DNA of 60,536 nt from Catajapyx aquilonaris. Taxonomy: Eukaryota. Numbering within the stretch: the stretch's first letter is position 1; every line of letters starts with the position of its first letter. This document shows positions 37,701 through 57,275 of this stretch, in pieces. The stretch spans positions 1 to 60,536 of the forward strand of contig JYFJ02002320.1 in the NCBI GenBank assembly GCA_000934665.2, written 5' to 3'. The position numbers and the translations under genes are program-made. The notes below the pieces were generated by a model that was not told the DNA's origin, made no database searches, and saw nothing but the letters and a program-made list of their open reading frames with translations.

Positions 37701-39245
37701 AATAAAATTATAACTAATAAATAGCCAATGAAATGATAACTAATAAATTATAACTAATAAATAGCTAATGAAATGATAACTAATAAATAGCCAATAAAAT
37801 TATAACTGATAAAATAGCCGACATGATAACTAATAGATAGCTGATAAAATTATATCTAATAAAATAACCGACATGATAAATAATAAGTAGCTAATAAAAT
37901 TACAACCAATAAAATAACCAATGTGATGATAACTAATACACCGTATATATGTACAGTCGGCACGGAAAAGGTAAGGACACATTGAGGATTCCGGAACCGT
38001 CAATGTGTCCTTTTTTTTCCCGTGCCGACTGTACATTATTGCGCTGAGATGGTGCGCAGTAGCCTTTAGCTGCGCGAATGTAGGTGCGCATTCGCCCGAG
38101 GAGGCCAGCATCAGCGGAATTTGAACTTGAGGTCTGCTCGTCGTCGTCGTCGTCTCCTTTTGACCTACCCGGACCTACCTATGGTGGACATGAGGGTGAT
38201 TGTGAAGAGCAGAGTGCTGGTGAAGGTCCAGCTGGTGCTGAAGTCGCTGGACCTCCCGGTGTAGGAGTTCTGGGTGGCCGCAGTCACGATCTGGTCCCTC
38301 AGCAACTCCAGCTGGCTCTGGACTTTTGAAGCCCAGAAAGGGTAGGAGTTGTTGCTCGAGTTAATCGGCATCAACAGCAGGTCCTTGTGGAGGAGGTACG
38401 TCTGGTTCACCAAGTAGGTCATGGACAGGTTGACCTTGTCGCCCTCCAGGCGGTCATTCAGGTCCTGAGCTTGCTCGTTTGGAAGTTCCAGCGCAATAAA
38501 TGCGTACGCTCCTGGTTTATACATATAACCAGAAAAATTGCGGGGGAAAAAATGATTTAAAAAAATCAACCAGTTACAATGGCGAATTGGCAAAGCCACA
38601 ATAACGTTCGTTGGGCAATAAAATGGCGTGTGCTCCTGTTTAAAAATAAACAGAAGATTTGTGCAAATTTGCAAAAAAAAGTGATGCATTTTGGTAAAAA
38701 TGGCAACCAGCAGAGTCACGATGGCAAGTTGGCATAGCCACAATAACGTTCGTTGGGGAATCAATGCGCATTACGCTTATATGTTTTTAAAAAAATATAT
38801 ATAGCAAAAACGTATGAAAATTGGCTGGATAAATTTGGTACTGTAAAAATGGCAACGAGTTACGATGACAAATTGGCATAGCCACAATAACGTTCGTTGG
38901 CTTGCGGCGCACAATTCGGGCGGAATTGTTGGCGTATACACAACCCGCAATAAAGAGCCCGAAATGAACTAAAAATCATGCAGGGCGACGTACTGTGCCT
39001 GGCATGGCCAACATGACGGACAGTACTGGTGCGGTCACCCAAAAGCCATACAGATACGCCAACGCGCATCCTTCTTTTTTTATTTAGTTGTGCCATTTGT
39101 TTTTAAACGGTGCACCACACTTTGGCTTACCTCCGACAGCATATGCTGCAACGACGAAGAAGAGTCCTACATGAGAGAACATGTACTTTAAGAACCTGGA
39201 TCCTATAGACTTCTTCGCCTGCAAACTTGGATCCTGACTCGTCAT
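34764..39245 (-). CDS. Two-pore-domain (K2P/TWK-type) potassium channel
   Basis: Exons about 39245-39131 (MFSHVGLFFVVAAYAVG), 38511-38180, 37193-37055, 35591-35302, 35248-35177 and 35116-34764. P1 WTFTSTLLFTITLMSTIGYGH; M2 GRLFCIIYSMVGIPLLL; P2 YFTYITLSTIGLGDLVPG. Confidence 0.92.
37260..37940. repeat. AT-rich minisatellite in a K2P intron
   Basis: Repeated aaattataactaataaatagccaatg / gctgatgaaattataactaat units. Confidence 0.85.
37954..38031. mobile_element. 78-bp Tc1/mariner-type MITE (TA target-site duplication)
   Basis: TA|cagtcggcacgg..aaggacacattga..tcaatgtgtcctt..ccgtgccgactg|TA, a near-perfect inverted repeat. Confidence 0.8.
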
Positions 39246-40040
39246 GATGTCTTTTGCAGCATCACACCCAGCACACTACTAAACCAGTAGCACTGTACTG
39301 TTTCTATGATCGTATCTATCATATAGAGAGAGCTAGCTGCCAACCACAAACGTCACTGGGAAAAGGGGGGGTCTTGATGACTAATCGGAACTGGCCCCAC
39401 TCTACCCACTTCATCAATGATTCCTACGCTCATATTATTGGATCGAAGAGTCTGCTTCATACTCGGAAGAAACTACAGGGTGTCACAGGTAGTGATGAAA
39501 AGTGATGAAAGATATCACATCCATAGGTCATTTTTGTAATACTGTTAACTTCAAGCAAAATGTGCTTTCTAATAAATCCGATCGATCAAAATTAGTCTCT
39601 TTAATTCCCATCTATGTACATAAAAGTTTGTTAGCGTAATGGATAATAGCAAGAGTTGATAATATCTTTAATTATTTTGACCTTGAAATGATGCAATTGG
39701 AGGATCAGAGGTCACCTATTTCTTCCTTCTTTTTTTTCTCTCGGATTGATGTCGAGCAAAAGTGTCTGTCATTAAATATGGATGCCTTGGTGCCAATAAC
39801 TGGTAATGTAGGTATTTTTACTTGCAGGGTTTGTTGTATGTGACGAGTGCCGCGGTTGTCAGGGTTTGACCTTCCGGATGGGGGAGTTCATTTCTAATTC
39901 ATGTGTTGGCCCTTATGGAGGGCAGTTTCTACCAACACTCTTGACACCATTGCATGCAAGCCACTGTAATATTGGCGGTCCCTTCTAAATAAAAACATGC
40001 AATTAGGAGCTGATCAAACTAATGGCTTATGAATAAAAAT

Positions 40041-41130
40041 AATTGCATTTTCCACATTTTGTTGATTTGTACAGGGAGCAACATAAGAGGCGCAAACTTC
40101 TGTCGGCGCCTTTGATGTCCGCGTCTCTCTGTTTGGGGCCGTTGCCAAGGCTGGCGGCCATTTTGAAATGTGGGCAACGTCAACGAGGTATAAATATAGG
40201 GTACAGGCAAAAATAGGGTCCGCCATCTTTGATATGGTTTTGGCGGCCATGGCAACTACGCGGCAAAGAACACGCGCGAATCAAAGATGGCGGACCCTAT
40301 TTTTGCCTGTACCCTATTTATACCTCGTTGGCGTTGCCCCCACTTCAAAATGGGTGGCAACGCCCCAAACAGAGAGACGCGAAAATCGAATGTTTGCGCC
40401 TCTTATGTGTGGCAACGCCCCAAACAGAGAGACGCGGAAATCGAATGTTTACGCCTCTTATGTTTTGGCGGCCACGGCAACTACACGGCGAAGAACACGC
40501 GCGAATCAAAGATGGCGGACCCTATTTTTGCCTGTACCCCTATTTATACCTCGTTGATGGCGTTGCCCCCACTTCAAAATGTGTGGCGTCGCCCCAAACA
40601 GAGAGACGCGGAAATCGAATGTTTACGCCTCTTATGTTTTGGCGGCCATGGCAACTACATGGCAAAGAACACGCGCGAATCAAAGATGGCGGACCCTATT
40701 TTTGCCTGTACCCTATTTATACCTCGTCGTTGGCGTTGCCCCCACTTCAAAATGGGTGGCAACGCCCCCAAACAGAGAGACGCGGAAATCGAATGTTTGC
40801 GCCTCTTATGTGTGGCAACGCCCCAAACAGAGAGACGCGGAAATCGAATGTTTGTGCCTCGTCTTATGTTTTGGCGGCCTTGACAACTACACGGCAAAGA
40901 ACACGCGCGAATCAAAGATGGCGGACCCCATTTTTGCCTGTACCCTATTTATACCTCGTCGTTGGCGTTGCCCCCACTTCAAAATGGGTGGCAACGCCCC
41001 CAAACAGAGAGACGCGGAAATCGAATGCTTGCGCCTCTTATGTAGTATATATTTTTGTTGATGTGTATGAGCAACGTCAAATTTTGACGTTGCTCATACA
41101 AATCAACAAAAATGTGGAACATGCAATATT
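40041..41130. mobile_element. Foldback-like element: one inverted unit plus four direct units of about 175-230 bp, with terminal inverted repeats
   Basis: 40041-40233 is the reverse complement of the unit atcaaagatggcggaccctatttttgcctgtaccc..tggcaacgccccaaacagagagacgcgg (direct copies at about 40280, 40505, 40679 and 40911). Ends ttccacatttttgttgatttgta / tacaaatcaacaaaaatgtggaa. Confidence 0.85.
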
Positions 41131-41472
41131 TAAAAAAAAAAATTCATCAATAATCCTGCTAATATCTGGCTGTACTGTACGGTAATTACCATGTAGTACA
41201 TAAGATCAGTGCAATTAGTCAACACTCTAAATTAAATAATTAAATCGTTCAAATTTTTTTTCTCCCGCCTTGTTATTAATAAATTCAGAACAGTTCCTGA
41301 GAACAGCGGCAGGAACGCGCCCTTGATAAAATTTTCAAGATGGCCGTCGATTCATCTCGTTTTGGTCATGTCAACCACATTTTAACTTGATTTAATCCCA
41401 ATTAAAATAAATAGTGGAAGGTTTTAACAGCAGGGGTTTGTACTGACAGTGAGTGTGTACTGAGGGAAAAGG

Positions 41473-42558
41473 ATGGATTCGGGTGAGGTGACCCTAGGGA
41501 AGATGATGGAGACGTTTGCAGGGAGCAAGAGTCTCCTGGAGAGGATAGTCCTTCAAGGGGAGAAGATGGAGGAGAGGATGGTGGCCAGGATGGAAGCCTT
41601 CGAGGGACGGATGGTGGCCAGGATGGAGGCCGTCGAGGAGAGGATGGTGGCCAGGATGGAGGCCATCGAGAAGAGGATGGTGGCCGCCATGGAGGAGCTC
41701 ATGGGGAGACAAGAAGGCAAGCCGTGGGTCGCTGAAGGAAATCAGGAAATCAATCAAATCGTAACATGCAATTACAGGTACATCGCAAGTACAGAAGGTG
41801 CAGGATAAGAAGGCGCTACGGTGCGGCGTATGCAACGCGACGTTTCGACGAGCGTCCGCGATGGAAGCTTGTATGAAGAGCCATGCGGTTAAAGACAACG
41901 AGGACAAGAGCAATGAAGTCGCAGGTACGTACATGCGCAATTGCGTACTTGTTAACTGCACGTTTTTCATACACTAGGAGCGGCGGCGTCTCCGCAAGAA
42001 ACACCGCCGGTACGTGACGATCCCCCGCAATTGCACGCCGGCGACGAAGAGATGCTGGTGACGACCCCCGACATCGCGACGGACCAATCCGAACCGTTAG
42101 ACGAAGAGTACCACAGGTACTGGGCCAAAAAGCGGGGTCCGTTCATATGCGACTTTTGCAACAAAGTGTTCAAGTTCAACTGCGATCTCGTCCGGCACCG
42201 CAAGTACCACACGGGCGAGAAGACTCATCAGTGCAAAGTTTGCGGGAAGTTCTTTGTGCGTCCGTCCGATTTGACCAGCCACTTTAAGATTCACACTGGC
42301 GAGAAGCCATTTAGATGTCAGATATGCCATAGATGTTTTTCGCATCACAACAGCTTGAAGATTCATACTCGAGCGCATACGGGGGAGAAGCCGTACACGT
42401 GCGAGACATGCGGGAAGTCGGTCGCTTCCATGAACTCGTTAAAGACGCATCGGCTGATACACACTGGGGAGAAACCTTTCATTTGCGAAGTGTGCGGAAA
42501 GTCGTTTACTAAAAAGAATACTTGGAAAGTTCATATGAAGAGGCATACTGCGGAGTAA
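41473..42558 (+). CDS. C2H2 zinc-finger protein (5 fingers plus 1 degenerate) with an N-terminal hendecad coiled coil
   Basis: Exons 41473-41716 (GC donor), 41778-41925 and 41979-42558. Four EERMVARMEA(F/V/I)-type repeats; fingers with TGEKP(F/Y) linkers. Confidence 0.88.
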
Positions 42559-44084
42559 TCGCTCGCATGTACGGCTGGAAGAAGTTATTTGCGAGTGATT
42601 TTCATTGGATTGCTGTACAACCCCATATAAACCATGACGAAACAAGTATGACATGTCATTAATCCCTTGCGATTCATTGTCGACTCGCAGTTAATTAACA
42701 ATCATCTAAGAGTATGTTAAATAATTGCGACGGTTTCCAAACTGTGCAAAAAAAATTTATTGCTGCTCTTTGGCATACAAATTTATACGTCGTACATTAA
42801 TTTTGCTTTTTAACTCACAGGTAACGGTTTCGAAAGACTCATTGGAAGAACAATTTTTTGCATAGTCGTGATAAATACTATCGAACACATTGGCACACAT
42901 ACTCTGAACACATCGCTACAATAATAAGTGAGCAGATCGGTGAGCAATTGAGAGAACAAAACAAGAGATCATTGTTTTTTAACACAACAAAAAAATAGTA
43001 CGGAAAAACAATTTTCCAAACACTCTTAAGAACACATGTGAAAATACCAAACCTGGTAAATCGACTCTTTATAATTAATTAATGGAACATGTTAATCGTT
43101 GATAATTATCAGTCCGTTTTACAAAGGAATGCCTCGTTATAAATGCAAGAGTGGCATTAAAAATTGAATGTACGTAAAGTGGCAGTAAAGATGGCAGTGA
43201 ACGTTATAAACTGCGGACGGAGCTGTATTTGTTATCCACCGATTTGTGTACTGCACGTTTTTTAAAAACTTTAAACACAGCACATGATCCTTCTCATTTT
43301 AAATTGTAAAACAAATCGCAACATGCAGACTTTCGATTGTACATTGTATATTGCTAGTGGAAAAAACTGCTAAAAAAGTTGCATTTAAATCAGACTGTTT
43401 AATTAGGCCATCGTGTTGAAATTTACGTTCTCATTATTGCGTGTAAGGAAAAAAGAGTCTTAAAATCAGCATGTTTCCACCTCATGCAAATAAAGAAGTG
43501 AGAAAGACAAACCAAGTAATACAGCGTACCGGTATACACTCCTAGATACGATCACAAAACTTTTGACTAAAAAATTGAGTACATAAACGGAAAAAAAAAG
43601 GACTTGCTTACTTCCGTATAACTTGTACAATCCTGTCGTTAAGGAGAACAAAAATAGGACTTAACGACCGGTAATCTCGTCTCAAGAATAATCATTTTTT
43701 CCATTTAAATACTATACACATTTAACATTGACATAAAGCGAGGGAGGCTGCAAAGGACACCACGTAACAAGCTGCCTCCGTAGGCAATCACATTTATCAC
43801 ACATTATTTTCTTTAAATAAATCAGTCAACTTTGTGGACGTCACCGGTAGCGAAATCACGTCATAACAAGAATAGGTTGTGGTCACTAGACTCGTCAAAC
43901 TTGAGCTTAAATAGTGTTTTTTAAAGTGGTTTAATTCCACGTGAAACTTCAACTAACGTCAAGATAAGGCCACTTGTTGCTATTACTTTTTCAGGTTGAT
44001 TAGTGCAGCGAAATTTCATGATGTCTTTTGCAGAGTAGACAAAATAAATATCCCTCGCAGTATTTCAGCCCTTTCACGTTGTGG

Positions 44085-46027
44085 CTACCAATTCTTTCTA
44101 ATGTAAACCACGGCTGCGAATGAGCAGGCAATGCAGAATGTGGCGATGGCCAACTTGTATGCGAAATCAACCGAGCCTTTCAGGACGGTTATCCAGCCGC
44201 CATGCTCTTGGACCCACTTGCAAACGTGGTCCAGGATGTACTTGAGCGACCAGGTTATCATCTGGTGGAAGAAGCTCAGACCCCGCTGCCTGAAGGCCAC
44301 GACTGCAAGGTCGGCGCAGAAGAACAGCAGGACCAGGACCCTCTCCCTTGTGATCTCGCCACCTTCGAACATGGCTTGCAGGAGGCACAAGAAGTCCTCG
44401 AACGACAGTGTACCGGGATCCAGTCCTTCAGCCTTCTGACGGACCATCCGGCGCTCGTTCGAGGCCTCGAAGCGATCCGCTAACTGTCGGAGGTCATGCC
44501 CAACTGGACCCAGCCGATGGTTCAGCCCAGCAATCAGCCACTCGCTGCAATAAGGAACAAGTGTAACAAAAGCAATGGCACAACCTCGTTCGTACTCACA
44601 TCTCGGTGTTGATTGACGCGTCTCCTCCCGCTCCCTGCATGCTCAGCTGCTCCTCGTGAAGTCTCTCCTCCAGACCCTGCAGCCGCATCTCTTCGTCCAC
44701 CAGGTCAAAGTACAGCTGCGCACCTTCTTCTGCCGTCCCGCGGTAGTCCGACGGCACCTCCTCCAGCAGAGTGGAGCCGTGAGGTCGTGATCCTGAAATG
44801 TTAATCAGTACGTCTTATATGTTTGGGTGTAATGCATATAATGCACATAAAATTAACGTAATGCATGTAATATATGCAACATTCATGTGATGCATGCAAT
44901 GTACGTAATGTACGTAACATGAATGTAATGTATGTAATGTACGTAACATGAATGTAATGTATGTAATATATGCAACATTCATATGTGATGCATGCAATGT
45001 ACGTAACATGAATGTAATGTATGTAATATACTCAACAGTAATGTAATGCATGTAATATACTCAACATTAATGCAATGTATGTAATATACTCAACATTAAT
45101 GCAATGTATGTAATATATGTAACATTAACAACGTAATGCATGCAATGTATGTAATATATGTAACATTAACAACGTAATGCATGCAATGTATGTAATATAT
45201 GCAACATTAACAACGTAATGCATGCAATGTATGTGACATTAATGTAATGCACATAAAATTAATGTAACGCATGTAATATACTAAACACGAAAGTAATGTA
45301 TGTAATATTATATGCAACATTAACGTAATGTAATGCATGAAATGTACATATTAATCTAATGTAACATTATGGAAATGCATGTAATGTACGTAACATTATG
45401 GAAATGCATATAATGCACGTAATGTACATAACATTAATGTAATGCATGCAATGTATGTAACATACATAACATTAATGTACTGCATCCCATGTACGTAATG
45501 TACGTAACATTAATGTAATGCATGCTATGTACGTAATGTACATAACATTATTAATGTAATGTATGTAATGCACTCAACATTACCAAGCTGCCTTTTGTAT
45601 TTATTTATTTACATTCTGCAAGGTCGTTGACCTCCGTTGTTGACACCAGTGCGTGTTAGAACATGTTGCCCTAATTGCAGGTCATGCTACGCCTGACTGT
45701 ACAGTGCAATTGTTGCAGTGTTGCCAACATTATTTTCAGTGTTTATTTACATTTTGCCAAATTATGTTCCAAGAGGTCAGTGACCTTTCAGGTACAGGTA
45801 CATTTCAGATGTACTGTGCATTGTGTCTTACCCCTCCGTCGTTGGCAGTGCGATGTCGTCCTTGGTCGCGCTCCATTCCCGGCTACTCCCTGCTCCGTAC
45901 CTCCTGGCTGCTGTTGAGTTTGAGGCTGTGCCCCGGGGCCGGCACCAGGGGCCGCCTCTGGAAGGGCTGTTGCCCCCTGAATTTCCTCCTCCTCGTCATC
46001 CGTGCCGTCGGGGATGATCTTGGCCAT
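44085..46027 (-). CDS. Bcl-2 family multidomain protein, Bax-like
   Basis: Exons about 46027-45832, 44793-44600 and 44545-44085. BH3 VGHDLRQLADRF; BH1-position FEGGEITRERVLVLLFF; BH2 WVQEHGGW; C-terminal TM LAIATFCIACSFAAVVYI followed by RKNW*. Confidence 0.88.
44815..45580. repeat. AT-rich minisatellite in Bax-like intron 1
   Basis: Repeated aatgcatgcaatgtatgtaatatatgtaacattaac-type units. Confidence 0.9.
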
Positions 46028-46982
46028 TTTCGAAGCAGGTACGACGGTGAGGTATACACGAACGACGACAACGATGTTTTCCCTTCCCGGGATGTTCAAC
46101 TCTTTAGTTGTTCGAAGACCATGATGTCATCATCCAAAGTATCGATATCCCCCCACGATTAATCGACATATCATTATCGACCTAGCCTTTGTAGCAAACC
46201 ACTGACACACATTAATATTGGTGCTCATTTAAAAAGAGTGGGCTGACCTTTCACCTGTGGGGGTCATCAGTTTAACCTGGTTTAACCCTTGTGTAACGCA
46301 GGGTATGAATCCAATTATCGATACATTGCGAAGAAAAAAAACAATCGAAATGGATGACTCATACACTGTTGCCATATGTACATGCGGCAGGTGTAATTCA
46401 GCAATGTGGCAACGCAGCATGTGTTTACAACCCAAATTTTGTACTCGCACCTAGTTTATAATTAACGGCTAATTACACCCATAATTGTTTAACCGCTAAT
46501 TACGCCAATTGCGACAATTCGAACGCGCAGAAAAAGTCGACGCAAGTTACGCACTCGACATAAATGGAGTTAACATCCACGTTAAAATTGCAGCCCTGAT
46601 TTTACATATTTGGTAATTGCAGTATGCCTGGATTAATTATAGTGCAATTGTCATAAGTAGTTGCGTTGACTTGTGCAACTTCCGGTCCTGATGCTTTCCG
46701 CAGTAAAAAAAAAAAAGAACAAGGAAAAAAAAAAAAAAGAAGGATTTTTGTTCTTCAGTGTCCTTTTCTTTTTTTGTCCTCCCTACATTTGTTGTTCCCC
46801 GAACACGATCACCAAATGTTCGGCCGTGTTGGATCCTCCTCGGCCATCAGGTTCGTGCCCAGCTAGTCCCTCTCTCGAAGACACCACCACACTGAACTAT
46901 AGAAGAGGGGAAGGGGGGTCGTGCTGCTGCGAACCCTTTTATCAGTTCAGTAGATGACCAGAGAAGAAGAAGAAGGAAAAGG
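46028..46982. promoter_or_regulatory. Divergent promoter region Bax-like / Nedd4
   Basis: Head-to-head ATGs about 950 bp apart. ETS-like ACTTCCGGT at about 46678. Confidence 0.45.
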
Positions 46983-54096
<7,114 letters not shown>

Positions 54097-56839
54097 ATGT
54101 GCCACCAAAACATCAGCTGCTAATGATCAAAAAAAAATTTATTATTAATGTATATCCTCCAAACTTTGCTGCTCATTCCATCGCAAGAGCGAGAGAAACG
54201 CATTGTTGAAATATTACTTTGCATCATAATACGTGAGAGGGTTTGGGATGGGGACGGGGGGAAGGGGGGGAAAAAAAATGAAAAGCACAATTTTAAACAT
54301 AAAAAGAAAATATTATCATGTATAGCCGAGAGACTATCTAAAAGAGTTTATTTTATACCTGTATTTTTCATTGTAAATTATACTGTACAAATATTTCGCT
54401 TTTGTGGCACAATCTTTCGAGAGAGAAGAGAAAGGTTTGCAACGACGTGGTGCGGAAATAAGCCGAGTGCGATTTTTTTAAAAAATTGCAACGCGGTGAG
54501 GAGGAAAAAAAATGGTGCTTTTTTGCCATCTGTACAAAAAAAAAAAAAATCTAACTAACTAACGTTACAATCCTTTCTGTCACGTTAACTTTTTTAAGTG
54601 TTGTGGGTGCCACTCAGCCATGTAAAACTTCATCGCTGTCGCTTTAAAAAAAAAATAAGCAAATTGCACTTTATTAGATGTCGTCCTACTTTTTTTTTGG
54701 CATAGTGGGAGGAAAAAAAAAAGTTTAAAAAAAATCAAGCAAAAAAAAAAGAGAGGTTAATAACTATTTAAAAAAAAAAAAGCCGAAAAAAATGTGTAGC
54801 AAGCAATAGTTTGTATATCATCCGCCAATTGTAAAATAATTATGTACAGTTTTTTCCTGGACAAAAGATTTAAAATAGTGGTGTTGTTTCATCCAATTCT
54901 TGATTATAGACGTGTTGGGCGTTAGTTGAACACACAAATCCTAAATCTTCCCAATTAAAAAAAAAACAAAAACTTATCGCAACAAATCGTTTGTGGGGAT
55001 CGTAATTAAATATATCTTGCGTTTCGTTTTGGTGCCAAAAGTCGCCGAAAATTGTCGCAGGATTGTTGTCGAAAATATTGCTGAGCGACGTTGTTACTAA
55101 CGACACTCAGCGATGGTTAATACGGATTTTCCTAATGACTTCGCAGCAATGTTGAAGTGTAGCAAATCAATAATTAGGGATCTAAATCACTTTTTCGTCT
55201 TTCATAAATTATTATACAAGTATTATGAGCCGACAACAATCAGACGAGACTTTTCGGTGTGTTGATAGGCATCGATATTTTTTTTCAAAGTATTTCAACA
55301 ATGCTGCCTTATTATTTGTTTTAAGGTTATGTGTATTACTCCCGAGCGCAATTGTTCCAATTAGTATTAACGTAACATTTGGCCATCAGAAACTTAAATA
55401 TAAATGTTGATTCCATTAGTTTCGTTCCATACAAAAAAAAAAAGAAGTGTATTGTGATATATATATGTTTTTTCTTCTCCCCCGACCTTCGCTGTCACTA
55501 CTTTTTTCCTTGAATCAAATTCTTACGAGTCTCTGTGAGATTCAGAAACCGTTTTTTCTACACGAAAGATGTATAATGTTATAACGTAATAATTATAAGT
55601 AACCACCATGCCATGTTTCTAATCCTGGTAATTTACATGAAGGGTGCTAATCGGAATGAGTTAGCCGTTGATTGCGAGAGTGAAAGTACGAGCGAGACGA
55701 TATTTCAAATGGGTTATATATCGATTTTTTTTTCTAAGGTGCTTAACTGTCATCGCTTAGTTTCGATTAAGTACTATACGGTAATTAACCCTCATTTAAC
55801 CGCATTTGGCCCAACCTATTAAAATTGGGTTTGATGTGAACTCGATGGACTGAATTTCAACAATAGTATATATCACGGCTGCACTTGTTGCCAAAATGAC
55901 GTCGGAGGCACGTTGTTACGTACAGTTGTTTTCTCCTTCCTAAACCAGTTTTTTCCCCTTCCAACTGTTTTTTTTTTTTTTTAATTGTCGGATTATTTTG
56001 TAACGGAGAGAGTTTTGACCATCTTTCGCACAATGTTTAACCGTGTACCATTGTGATCGAGAGGGTGGAAAATTAAAGCTGCGTCTAGTCAACATGTTGC
56101 GGGGGGGGGAAAATATAAGAAGCGGACGGACATGTTTTTTCCCTCCCGACACTAAAAATTTAGCCACTGTACGATTTGCGATGAAACTTTTACTTTTTGG
56201 GTTGTTGTTTTTTTTTAAGCATGAAAGAACCAAACAATATTGTGTATAAAAAACTATATTAACATATATGCTTAGAACATGCAGGATTATGGAAACAATA
56301 AATTATCCTCTCAAAACATATTTAAGATGTGCATCACTTTTGAACAAAATGTTGACATGAGACTGATCATACTGCGAATTTTATTTCATTTTTCATATTT
56401 CAATATTTTGGTACTTTTCGTTTATTTTTCCATATTTCAATGGCGCACATTTTCTGTCACGTTTTGCAAATTTTTGTATTTCACAATTTATTATTTTATT
56501 GCAACAAAATTTTCATCTGAATATTGCATAATTTTCCACATTTCAATGAGCTTGCACCGCTTTTTCGCATTTCGCTATTGTGCGAAATATTCATATTTCA
56601 ATATTGCCAACAATTTTAGCATGGCAAAATCTTCACTTCAATATTGAAAAGTTTCAATTTTGGCAAGTTTTCATACAGTGCTGCAATATTGAAAATTATA
56701 TCGTCACATATAATTTTGCAATAGTTTCATTCGACTATGTTTCAATTTTGACTATTTTATGTGTCTTATGTTGCAAATTACACTTTCATATTTAAATTTT
56801 GCAAACAATAATTTCATATTTTTTTTACTATTGTAATTT

Positions 56840-57275
56840 TTAATCCCATATTTCAACGCAGCAAATATTATTTCTCATATTTCAAAGCTGCAAATATAAT
56901 ATTTCAATGCTGCAATTTTTAATCCCATATTTCAATACTGCAAATATTATTTCTCATATTTCAAAGCTGCAAATATTATTTTTCATAGTTCAACGCTGCA
57001 AATATTATTTCTCGTATGTCAATGATGCAAATATTATTTTTCATAGTTCAACGCTGCAAATATTATTTCTCGTATGTCAATGATGCAAATATTATTTTTC
57101 ATAGTTCAACGCTGCAAATATTATTTCTCGTATGTCAATGATGCAAATATTATTTCTCATATTTCAATGATGCAAATATTATTTCTCATATTTCAATGGT
57201 GCAAATATTATTTCTCATATTTCAACGCTGCAAATATTATTTTTCATAGTTCAACGCTGCAAATATTATTTCTAA
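56840..57275. repeat. 29-bp AT-rich minisatellite
   Basis: Alternating gcaaatattatttttcatagttcaacgct / gcaaatattatttctcgtatgtcaatgat units. Confidence 0.9.

Noticed and set aside
40168..41185. Long ORFs (up to 318 aa) in several frames
   Set aside because: They are translations of the tandem repeat units, with no splice or domain support.
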